From Gammaproteobacteria bacterium (GTDB lineage: Bacteria; Pseudomonadota; Gammaproteobacteria; Eutrophobiales; Eutrophobiaceae): a stretch of DNA of 64,000 nucleotides. The translations under genes and the position numbers were made by a program. The notes beneath the pieces are model-generated. The model was not told the DNA's origin. It saw nothing but the letters and a program-made list of their open reading frames with translations, and made no database searches. Positions 16,944 through 24,130 of this stretch are shown here, in pieces (the stretch's first letter is position 1; every line of letters starts with the position of its first letter). The stretch is taken from contig OZ252091.1 in assembly GCA_965248145.1 (NCBI GenBank), positions 3,047,222 to 3,111,221 of the forward strand. Reading direction: 5' to 3'.

Positions 16944-19900
16944 AACACCGACCAGGCCGAAACAGATTCTCCTGATTTATTGTTGTATCAGCAGCGCGGT
17001 GATCAAATGCCTGTACCATCTTACCTTCGTAGAGCGGCACCCATTTCTCCGTTGGACTATTGAAACAATTACCGCCGATAGGATACGCACCTTCATCTTC
17101 TTCAAGTACCTCGCGTGTGCGAAACAGATGTGAGTCATTGGCCATGTGAAACATATTCATGTACTTCACTGGCCACGCCTTCTTTTCCTGACCTGATGAC
17201 TTGTCAACCAGAACAGGATGTCCTTCATAAATGCGGCGGGTTATGTCGGCATCACGACGAGAACGAAAGACCGGAGCAGTGCCGGTATTAGGGTTCACAC
17301 GAACGAAATCTACAGGCGACAGGGGGAAACAGCGATCCGGGTCATTGATTGTGCTTGTGCCGTCAAGAAAAAAACCACACCGGGTCTCTACGAAAGTTCG
17401 CTCTTCACCGCCGAATATCAGGGCACAGAATTTGAAACTCCGATGCACATCCGGGAAAAATGGTGGCAGGTCGGTCCCAACACGGCCGTTCTCGAAGTCG
17501 AACAAACCTGCAATTTGCCCACTCGTTGAAACTGATTTGAAAAACTGGGCCGCAGTCTTATCTGCATAAATTCCTGACGGTGTAAGCAGTCCAACCAAAC
17601 CGTCGGGTTTGAGCAGATTCATCGCCTTCTCTACAAACAACGAGTAGAGGTTGATGTCGCCTCCGCCCAACAGAGGATAATGATCGGATTTGCGAATCAT
17701 TTCACTCAGTTCATCTGCTCGCGTTTTGGCCGTACCGAATTCGTCGGCCAACGGATTGCCCTGTTCGCTTAACCTCTTTATTGCATTTTTTCGCTGTGCG
17801 GCGGTCGGGAGGCGAGCAATATCGGGAGCGCGAGTTGCAAACCACTCTACTTCTTGCAGCTTGATTCGGTCCCAGGGCGGATTACCGATTATGGCGTCGA
17901 ATCCACCTTCAGATTGTTGATCCTGCCACCGTTTCCAAACGCCTGGGAAAGCAACTTGCCAATGCAGGAAGCCTTCTCGCCTTGCTATGGAAACAGCTTT
18001 ATTCCATAGCATACCAAAAGGGGTAGTTTTTTCCTGCGCACTGCCGGGACCGCGAGAAAGTAACTGGTAAGCGTTATCGGGATCGGCTTCCAATACCTGA
18101 TTAAGAGGAAGCTCAATTTTCGTTCGCTCAGACTTACTCAAACCGGCCGTCAACCAACGTAAACCGCATACAAAATCAAGAAATCCGCGTAGTACGGACG
18201 TAGTCTCTTCAACGCCGCAGAACAGATCAATCGACTGCTGCACCTCTGATATGTCGGTATCCGACATCTCCTCAATAAGTTGCATACCGGTGGCCGCGTT
18301 TTCAGCACCCTGGATCGCACTGGATACAAACAGAGCGCCAAGTCGATACAGTTCTTCGTTGGAGTCTTTTATTCGGAGACCGAGTAATGAGTCGCCACAA
18401 CGCAGGTGGTGGTCCAGGAATGACAGTGGGGCGCCGACAGTAAAACTGTGTAGCCATAAAGATACTTTTGCCAGTTCCACCGTCAGGGGATTCTTGTCCA
18501 CGCCGTAGATACAACGTTTGAGTACCATACGCCGGATAATGGCCTGGTCGGTAAACTGCGCTTCGTCAACCACCCAGCCAGACTCGGTGGCCCGGTTCAG
18601 AATATCTGTCCGGATCGCGTCTATTCGTTCAACGAGGGGCGATACATACTCACCGTTAAGCCATTCCGGCACAACTGGTACATACTCGATCAGGTTAACA
18701 ATATTGTCAGACAGAAAATCCACCGCAGTGACGAGAAAATGACCGCTGCCCATAGCCGGGTCCAGAACTTTCAGATTCAATACCGCTACTGCCGGATCCA
18801 GTTTGGAGAGTTCGATATGTCGTTCAGCTTTAGGACGACGGTCGCTTTTGAGGGCTTCCGACTTCTTCTCAAACTCCCGCAGGCGATCCTCTGCAAGCGG
18901 CTTAAGTGTCTGCTCCACAATCAGGTCAACCAGTTCCTGCGGTGTGTAGAAGCTGCCGCTGTCCTTGCGCGCATACGGATTGGGACGCACAGACACGCTG
19001 CCGTCTTCTGCGCGTACCGGTTCGCGTTCCAGCAACCTTTCATAGAGCGAGCCCAATTGTTGTACTGACATATCCCGATAATTGACGAAGTGGTGTTCAC
19101 CTGCGCTTTCAGAATGGCTCAGATCATGGATAATATCGGCGATTACCGCATCCGACAGACGTACATTCTCAAGGAGTGGAGCGGCTGTGGACGCGAACAG
19201 ACCGCCGTTGTAGGGAGGTAAGCCGATCGACGCGTCACCCTTATCTATAAGCCTGAAAAGTTCCAACAGGCGATTGTAGTAGTTGGCCGCCGTCACGGAA
19301 AAAACATCATCCTGCGCCTTCCGTTGCGCAATGTCGTCCCGTACACGCTTACGCAGGCCGTAATCATCATAGCGAAGGTCATTAACGGGTAGCAGGCCAC
19401 GGTCCTCGGCATACAGGATGAATAACAACCTGTAAAGGAAGATCAACGCGGCAGCGCGAACCTCTGGCAGGCTCGCTCCGGCAGTGTTTGCAAGCGCTTC
19501 AACGACCTTGGGAAACACATGGTCAAAGACTACGCTAGAAAGGTCCTGGGTAACCTTTTCTTCGTAGCGCCGGCCTTCCGCGAGGGCAGCTTCCAGGAAA
19601 GTAGTTGTTGCTCCCTGTTGGAGTACAAACGCATCCCGACGAAATAAGAGGAAAAACGTTCTCAGCCCGTCTTTATCTCCCTCATTCAGGAGTGTCTGAA
19701 GACCAATTTCGAAAAAGCCGTTGGCGCGCGGTCGGGCACGCTGGTCGTAGAGTCGCCACACACTACCGTTGGTAAGGATACCCCACCGAATATTGCCCTC
19801 CGAAACAATTTCAGCGGTTGACAGGTAGCGCAATATCTGCCCATGGGGCGTACCCTCTTGTACCTTGTCGCCCTCTTCCCGGCTGTCGAGAGATCGGTCG

Positions 19901-20265
19901 AACCGCTTGCTTTCCTGTACCAACAGCGCGTCCTTGTAACGATCTTTTGAATTACTGCGGGCAATAGCCCGCTTCTTCGAGTCGGCGTCCATAAATAGCA
20001 GGTGGTCGGGAATGTCTTCGTTGCGCGCCGCGCCCTGTTGCGGCAGGTATTCGCTCCATCCCAGCAACTCCAGAACCGGACGAATAAGATCTTGCTCCGT
20101 CACCGCCTCATTAGGGGCGCTGAACTGACTGAACTTGTTGAAGCGGGCGCGGATGGCATTGACAAAGACAGCAAACGTCTCCGGTCGTCTCACCGACTCC
20201 CGCCACTCATCGGTTGCCCGAATCCCGTCGGTCAGGAAGTATTGTTTGAACAACTGAGCAGACAT
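16944..20265 (-). pseudogene. N-terminal ~1100 codons of a type IIG restriction enzyme/N6-adenine methyltransferase (PD-ExK nuclease plus gamma-class MTase), truncated by IS insertion
   Basis: Nuclease-like motifs are IPDHLLF ... ALLVQESKRF. MTase motif I is VLDPAMGSGHFLV and motif IV is IIGNPPWDR. The ORF runs into the IS end (the last residues CLST are IS-encoded). Confidence 0.8.
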
Positions 20266-20282
20266 ATCAACCTCTTTCCAAC

Positions 20283-20368
20283 CCTAAATTGTTAAAATTG
20301 GTTCAATACGGGCTACGCAAATCTCCAAAAACTCGAAGATTTCTAAGAGAACTCGCTCACTATTGACA
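20283..20368 (+). pseudogene. Relic of the 3' end of a paralog of the 128-aa candidate toxin (7631..8017)
   Basis: It translates to LLKLVQYGLRKSPKTRRFLRELAHY*. Compare LLKRVQNGLHKSPQTRRFLKEVDI* at the end of 7631..8017. Confidence 0.75.
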
Positions 20369-20471
20369 AAGGATCACTACTACTGGCTTTTATCAGCTAC
20401 TGATAGTCTATCAGTTTGATATTGCCGGGTGAACTCACTTAATGAAACAACCATATAATACCGACCAACTG

Positions 20472-20606
20472 CCTGCGGAAGCAGGAATCCAGTCAAACCA
20501 ACTTTCCTTATTATTTATAAGGAATAAGTTGTCCACTGGATTCCCGCTTGCGCGGGAATAGCAGGGAAAGTTTGTCCACTGGATTCGGGCTTGCGCGGGA
20601 ATAGCG
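20472..20606. repeat. REP family E cluster (GC hairpin followed by aatccagt), three units
   Basis: Units are cctgcggaagcaggaatccagt, gtccactggattcccgcttgcgcgggaatagc and gtccactggattcgggcttgcgcgggaatagc. Related units lie at 22181-22205 and 58265-58293. Confidence 0.8.
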
Positions 20607-20654
20607 GGTTGTTTACCCGTCAAAATAATATTGACATACTACCAGGGCAGGAGT

Positions 20655-20731
20655 TGGCGCGGCTGACAAGATTCGAACTTGTGACCTCGACCTTCGCAGG
20701 GTCGCGCTCTGCTCCGCTGAGCTACAGCCGC
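20655..20731 (-). tRNA. tRNA-Arg (anticodon GCG)
   Basis: Manual cloverleaf: gcggctg ta gctc agcggagca gagc g cgacc ctGCGaa ggtcg aggtc acaag ttcgaat cttgt cagccgc g cca. Confidence 0.75.
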
Positions 20732-20734
20732 AAA

Positions 20735-20808
20735 TGGTCCGCCCTGAGAGATTCGAACTCCCGTCTTCCGGTTAAAAGCCGGATGCACGGCCACTATGCC
20801 AAGGACGG
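20735..20808 (-). tRNA. tRNA-Lys (anticodon TTT)
   Basis: ccgtcct tg gcat agtggcc gtgc a tccgg ctTTTaa ccgga agac gggag ttcgaat ctctc agggcgg a cca. It has a short variable loop and G-U pairs. Confidence 0.7.
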
Positions 20809-20812
20809 AGTA

Positions 20813-20889
20813 TGGCCTGCCCGGAGAGATTCGAACTCCCGACCTGCTGGTTAGAAGCCAGCTGCTCTGCTCCGCTGAGCTACGGGCAG
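20813..20889 (-). tRNA. tRNA-Arg (anticodon TCT)
   Basis: ctgcccg ta gctc agcggagca gagc a gctgg ctTCTaa ccagc aggtc gggag ttcgaat ctctc cgggcag g cca. Confidence 0.85.
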
Positions 20890-20893
20890 TCAT

Positions 20894-20981
20894 TGGCGGA
20901 GAAGCCGGGATTCGAACCCGGGTGGGCGCGTTGCCCTCTCGTTTAGCAAACGAGCGCCTTAAGCCACTCGGCCACTTCTCC
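20894..20981 (-). tRNA. tRNA-Ser (anticodon GCT), long variable arm
   Basis: ggagaag tg gcc gagtggcttaa ggc g ctcgt ttGCTaa acgag agggcaacgcgcccac ccggg ttcgaat cccgg cttctcc g cca. Confidence 0.85.
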
Positions 20982-20990
20982 ATCGAAATA

Positions 20991-21066
20991 TGGGGTGACC
21001 CACCGGATTCGAACCGGCATCTCCCAGGATCACAACCTGGTGCTTTACCGTTAAGCTAGGGTCAAC
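20991..21066 (-). tRNA. tRNA-His (anticodon GTG) with encoded G-1
   Basis: g ttgaccc ... ccagg ttGTGat cctgg ... ccgg ttcgaat ccgg t gggtcac c cca. An extra 5' G pairs with C73, as expected for bacterial tRNA-His. Confidence 0.8.
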
Positions 21067-21077
21067 ATATCTGTGTT

Positions 21078-21165
21078 TGGCGGAGACTGAGAGGATCGAA
21101 CTCCCACGTCCGTCAGGACATCACCGGGTTCAAGCCGGATAAGCACGCCAGCCTTGCGAGTCTCC
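21078..21165 (-). tRNA. tRNA-Ser-like (anticodon TGA), long variable arm, irregular D arm and anticodon stem
   Basis: ggagact cg caaggctggcgtgctta tccgg ctTGAac ccggt gatgtcctgacggacgt gggag ttcgatc ctctc agtctcc g cca. Position 8 is C, there is a 27-43 mismatch and the D stem is weak. Confidence 0.55.
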
Positions 21166-21211
21166 ATATTCGGCAGCAGACAACAGGTCCCTGTCCGCAC
21201 ACCACATATTT

Positions 21212-21289
21212 TGGTCTGGGAGGCCGGATTCGAACCGGCGACCTCTCGGGTCCAAGCCGAGGGCTCTGGCCAGGCTGAGCTACTCCCAG
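21212..21289 (-). tRNA. tRNA-Pro (anticodon TGG)
   Basis: ctgggag ta gctc agcctggcca gagc c ctcgg ctTGGac ccgag aggtc gccgg ttcgaat ccggc ctcccag a cca. The C1-G72 pair is typical of bacterial tRNA-Pro. Confidence 0.85.
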
Positions 21290-21297
21290 ACAACGTC

Positions 21298-21376
21298 TGG
21301 TAGACCGGGGCCGATTCGAACGGCCGTCCTCGCGATTATGAGCCGCGCGCTCTGTACCTGACTGAGCTACCGGTCT
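21298..21376 (-). tRNA. tRNA with CAT anticodon (elongator Met or lysidine-modified Ile2)
   Basis: agaccgg ta gctc agtcaggtaca gagc g cgcgg ctCATaa tcgcg aggac ggccg ttcgaat cggcc ccggtct a cca. It is not initiator-like. C4 and C5 in the acceptor resemble Ile2 determinants, but this is undecidable by eye. Confidence 0.8.
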
Positions 21377-21385
21377 GGTTTAAAC

Positions 21386-21461
21386 TGGTGATCCGGACAG
21401 GATTCGAACCTGCAATTACGAGATTGAAAGTCTCGTGGCTTCACCATTCGCCCACCGGATC
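21386..21461 (-). tRNA. tRNA-Glu (anticodon TTC)
   Basis: gatccgg tg ggcgaatggtgaagcc a cgaga ctTTCaa tctcg taatt gcagg ttcgaat cctgt ccggatc a cca. Confidence 0.75.
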
Positions 21462-21489
21462 AAACGAAATTGAATGTCCCTCCATCATC

Positions 21490-21565
21490 TGGAGCTGGCG
21501 GTGAGTCTCGAACTCACAATCTGCTGTTTACAAGACAGCTGCCCTGCCGATTGAGCTACGCCAGC
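21490..21565 (-). tRNA. tRNA-Thr (anticodon TGT)
   Basis: gctggcg ta gctc aatcggca gggc a gctgt ctTGTaa acagc agatt gtgag ttcgaga ctcac cgccagc t cca. Confidence 0.85.
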
Positions 21566-22025
21566 GAAATAAACGGCAGCGGCCGCCTGCGCCAGGCGCG
21601 CCGTTGCCCACAATTTGTTAAAGAGCGTCGCCGGGGCAAAAAAAAGCCCCGGTCGATTTAAACCAACCAGGGCTGTTGTCAGAGGTGTCGTCTGGAAGGT
21701 TTGTTGTCGCGCCTTCCAGCAGGATTGTCTCAGGAAGGCTTAACGCATCGGCTCGTGTTTATCGTTACTAAAGCGGGATGAAGCCGTGCGTCTGTCGGCC
21801 GTATGTATGGCGTTGGCGCGCGTCGACGCGGCGCCGGCAACGGCCGGTTCCGAATAACTGTGGCGTGTCATGATGATGATTACGTTCATAGTGCGGCGGA
21901 GTATATATACCCCGATGCGATTGTCAAGAGGTTTGTTCAAATTCAATATATTACAGGGCGAACGTATGCTTTTGAAGCTGCCCCCTGTCATTCCCACGTC
22001 TCATGCAGCTATTCCTGCGCAAGCA

Positions 22026-22109
22026 GAGTAGTGGCACAGGGATGTGCCGTTTACGGACCAAAGGACGGAGTAGTGGCACAGGGATGTGCCGTTTACGGAC
22101 CAAAGGACG
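22026..22109. repeat. Perfect tandem duplication of a 42-bp unit
   Basis: gagtagtggcacagggatgtgccgtttacggaccaaaggacg occurs twice. Each unit contains the hairpin ggcaca-ggga-tgtgcc. Confidence 0.9.
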
Positions 22110-22131
22110 GAAATCCAGTGAAACAAAGAGT

Positions 22132-22205
22132 CGCCCCCTGCTTACGACATGCTGGGGCAGGCTTCGGCGACACGTTATTAACTGGATTCCCGCTTGCGCG
22201 GGTAT
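22132..22205. repeat. REP family G unit followed by a REP family E unit
   Basis: See 6503-6548 and 20472-20606. Confidence 0.75.
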
Positions 22206-22222
22206 GGTAGTGAATCTGAAAT

Positions 22223-22861
22223 CTATCTGAACCTGCCCCTCTCTTTCCACTCGCACAGGTCATGGATCAGGCAGGCGCCGCATTTTGGTTTGCGCGCCAT
22301 GCAGGTATAGCGTCCGTGCAGTATTAACCAGTGGTGCGCGTCCTGTTTGTATTCATCAGGGACGAACTTCAGCAGGCGTTGCTCTACTTCCAGGACGTTT
22401 TTTCCCGGCGCCAGGCCGGTTCGGTTGGATACCCGAAAGATATGGGTATCCACGGCAATAGTGGGTTGGCCGAATGCCGTATTCAGGATGACGTTTGCCG
22501 TCTTTCTTCCTACTCCCGGCAATTCTTCCAGTGCCTCCCGGTCATCCGGGACTTTACCGGCATGTTCATTGACCAGGATATTGCAGGTCTTGATGATATT
22601 TTCGGCTTTTGAGTTATACAGGCCGATTGATTTTATATATTGCTTCAGCCCTGGCTCACTCAGTTTTATAAACTGCTCCGGCGTGTCAGCCACCATGAAC
22701 AGTTTTTCAGTGGCCTTATTGACGCTGACATCCGTTGCCTGCGCCGACAGGACAACGGATACGAGTAGCTCGAATGGGCTGTTATATTGAAGTTCCGTCG
22801 TGGGCGCAGGGTTCTGCTGCCTTAATATGGAAAAGATCTGGTCGCGCTTGTTGTTGTTCAA
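22223..22861 (-). CDS. nth: Endonuclease III
   Basis: FELLVSVVLSAQATD, the HhH segment LPGVGRKTANVILN, and the Fe-S loop CMARKPKCGACLIHDLC. A TTG start at 22861 gives ~212 aa. The longer ORF in the track overlaps the upstream gene. Confidence 0.92.
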   Translation of the reverse strand: MNNNKRDQIFSILRQQNPAPTTELQYNSPFELLVSVVLSAQATDVSVNKATEKLFMVADTPEQFIKLSEPGLKQYIKSIGLYNSKAENIIKTCNILVNEHAGKVPDDREALEELPGVGRKTANVILNTAFGQPTIAVDTHIFRVSNRTGLAPGKNVLEVEQRLLKFVPDEYKQDAHHWLILHGRYTCMARKPKCGACLIHDLCEWKERGRFR

Positions 22862-22892
22862 TGGCGCCTCACTATCCGGGAAGAGCGGAATC

Positions 22893-23504
22893 CTATTGAA
22901 GGTGAAAGCGGTAACGGCCCAGCACGGAAAGTAATAACCCGAAAATGATAAACGCGCCGGCGGTGGTATTGAACAGATGTAAACCCGTATTGAACACGTA
23001 TACGGATTGTACCGAACCAAACAGGTCGATATGAGACAACAGACTGATATCCGTCAGGATACCGCCCTTGGCCGTTATTTCGCGCAGCAAACCGATAACG
23101 GTGAGTAGCGCGACCGCCGTCAGGCCCGTTTTCAGACTGGCCAGACCGCCTTCTTTAAATCGACTCTTCGAAGGGGCCTCCTCAAGATGACAGAGAAGCG
23201 CCGTATTCATGGCCAGTATAAACAGGTAAATACCTAAATGGTTCCTGACAGGGTAAAGCCAGGCCTGCAACAGCAAATCAATGAGTGTTATCCAGGCCGA
23301 CGTGATTAGCAGCAAATAAACCGGCTTCAACACAGGTGGGATAAAACGCCTGGAAAAAAAGACGGTCAGACTGGTGAGCATTAAGACGACAAGGTAAATA
23401 ACCCCTATCGACAGCCCGCTTATCAGCGTGGTACACACCGCCAGCATGGGCGTCAAGCCTAGCAGGCCAAGCATAGCGGGTTTAAATAAATCGGGATACT
23501 GCAT
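22893..23504 (-). CDS. RnfE/RsxE-like (NqrD/E family) integral membrane protein, solitary
   Basis: 203 aa and polytopic. LGLTPMLAVCTT and GLLREI resemble RsxE. Its position immediately upstream of nth matches E. coli rsxE-nth, but no other rnf genes are adjacent. Confidence 0.65.
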   Translation of the reverse strand: MQYPDLFKPAMLGLLGLTPMLAVCTTLISGLSIGVIYLVVLMLTSLTVFFSRRFIPPVLKPVYLLLITSAWITLIDLLLQAWLYPVRNHLGIYLFILAMNTALLCHLEEAPSKSRFKEGGLASLKTGLTAVALLTVIGLLREITAKGGILTDISLLSHIDLFGSVQSVYVFNTGLHLFNTTAGAFIIFGLLLSVLGRYRFHLQ

Positions 23505-23515
23505 TGCCGAAACCC

Positions 23516-24130
23516 TTACTGCAGCCTGATATCCGATTTGCTGGCATCAAACTCTATCTCCATACTGATCAGGTTTGATTTGATTAATTCCATCCGCTGT
23601 GCCGCGCTATCCATTTCCAGTATTTCCTGTTTGACTTTTTTATCAAAGGGCAAGAATTCCGCAAGACGATAACTGAGTGTCTTTGCACTGATGGAAGCAT
23701 GGTCTTCATTCGAGTACAAAGTCTCATAATTCTCTACGATATGCAGGTAAATATCCTGGAGCAGTTGGTGTTCCTTCACGCTTTCGATTTCGTCCGTCTC
23801 AGTTACCCAGTCAATATCCCCCTCAAGTAAATTATTGCTCCGAACCGACGTTTGTAAAACGCGGAATCTTCTTCTCCCCTGAACGGTAATGGTCAACAAT
23901 CCATCTGCCTGGTGTGAAAAATCAATAACATCCGCGTAAGTCCCCATATTGAAACACGTTGCCGCCACCCCTGTTTCATTTCCCTGTTTTATAAGGCTAA
24001 CTCCAAACCCGGCATCTGTCTTCAGCCGTTCACTCACCATATCCACGTAACGGGGTTCGAATATCCGCAACGGCAGGATCCCTTGCGGGTACAAAACTGT
24101 GTGCAGTGGAAACAAGGGGATATTTTGCAT
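23516..24130 (-). CDS. LON substrate-binding (Lon N-terminal) domain protein
   Basis: IPLFPLHTVLYPQGILPLRIFEPRYVDMV is the typical LON-N start. Confidence 0.8.
   Translation of the reverse strand: MQNIPLFPLHTVLYPQGILPLRIFEPRYVDMVSERLKTDAGFGVSLIKQGNETGVAATCFNMGTYADVIDFSHQADGLLTITVQGRRRFRVLQTSVRSNNLLEGDIDWVTETDEIESVKEHQLLQDIYLHIVENYETLYSNEDHASISAKTLSYRLAEFLPFDKKVKQEILEMDSAAQRMELIKSNLISMEIEFDASKSDIRLQ

Noticed and set aside
15301-16950. Attempt to define a 3-4-bp target duplication for the IS3-family element, including an alternative with cacc on both sides.
   Set aside because: The cacc option requires unequal, non-complementary extra bases outside the clear TG...CA inverted repeats and does not restore the R-M reading frame. 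I report no clean duplication.
20531-20606. Two ~32-bp repeats (gtccactggattcSSgcttgcgcgggaatagc) 12 bp apart looked superficially like a mini CRISPR array.
   Set aside because: There are only two units, the spacing is far shorter than a spacer, and the units are internally palindromic. Related units are dispersed at 20472, 22181 and 58265. This is REP behaviour, not CRISPR, and no cas genes are present in the window.
20591-21293. ORFs of 80-114 aa in the track that overlap the tRNA array (20591..20854, 20639..20983, 20796..21059, 21051..21293).
   Set aside because: They are read-throughs of tRNA genes on either strand. They show no coding signal, and the tRNA cloverleaves explain the sequence.
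21600-21660. The hairpin gccggggc-aaaaaaaa-gccccggt as a terminator or promoter element for the tRNA array.
   Set aside because: The T/A run forms the loop rather than trailing the stem on either strand, so it is not a canonical intrinsic terminator. I found no convincing -35/-10 pair upstream of the first tRNA.
21740-22256. ORFs 21740..21997, 21803..22210, 21951..22256 and 22003..22230 between the tRNA array and nth.
   Set aside because: They overlap one another in different frames and run through the 42-bp tandem repeat and the REP units. There is no RBS and no recognisable protein features.
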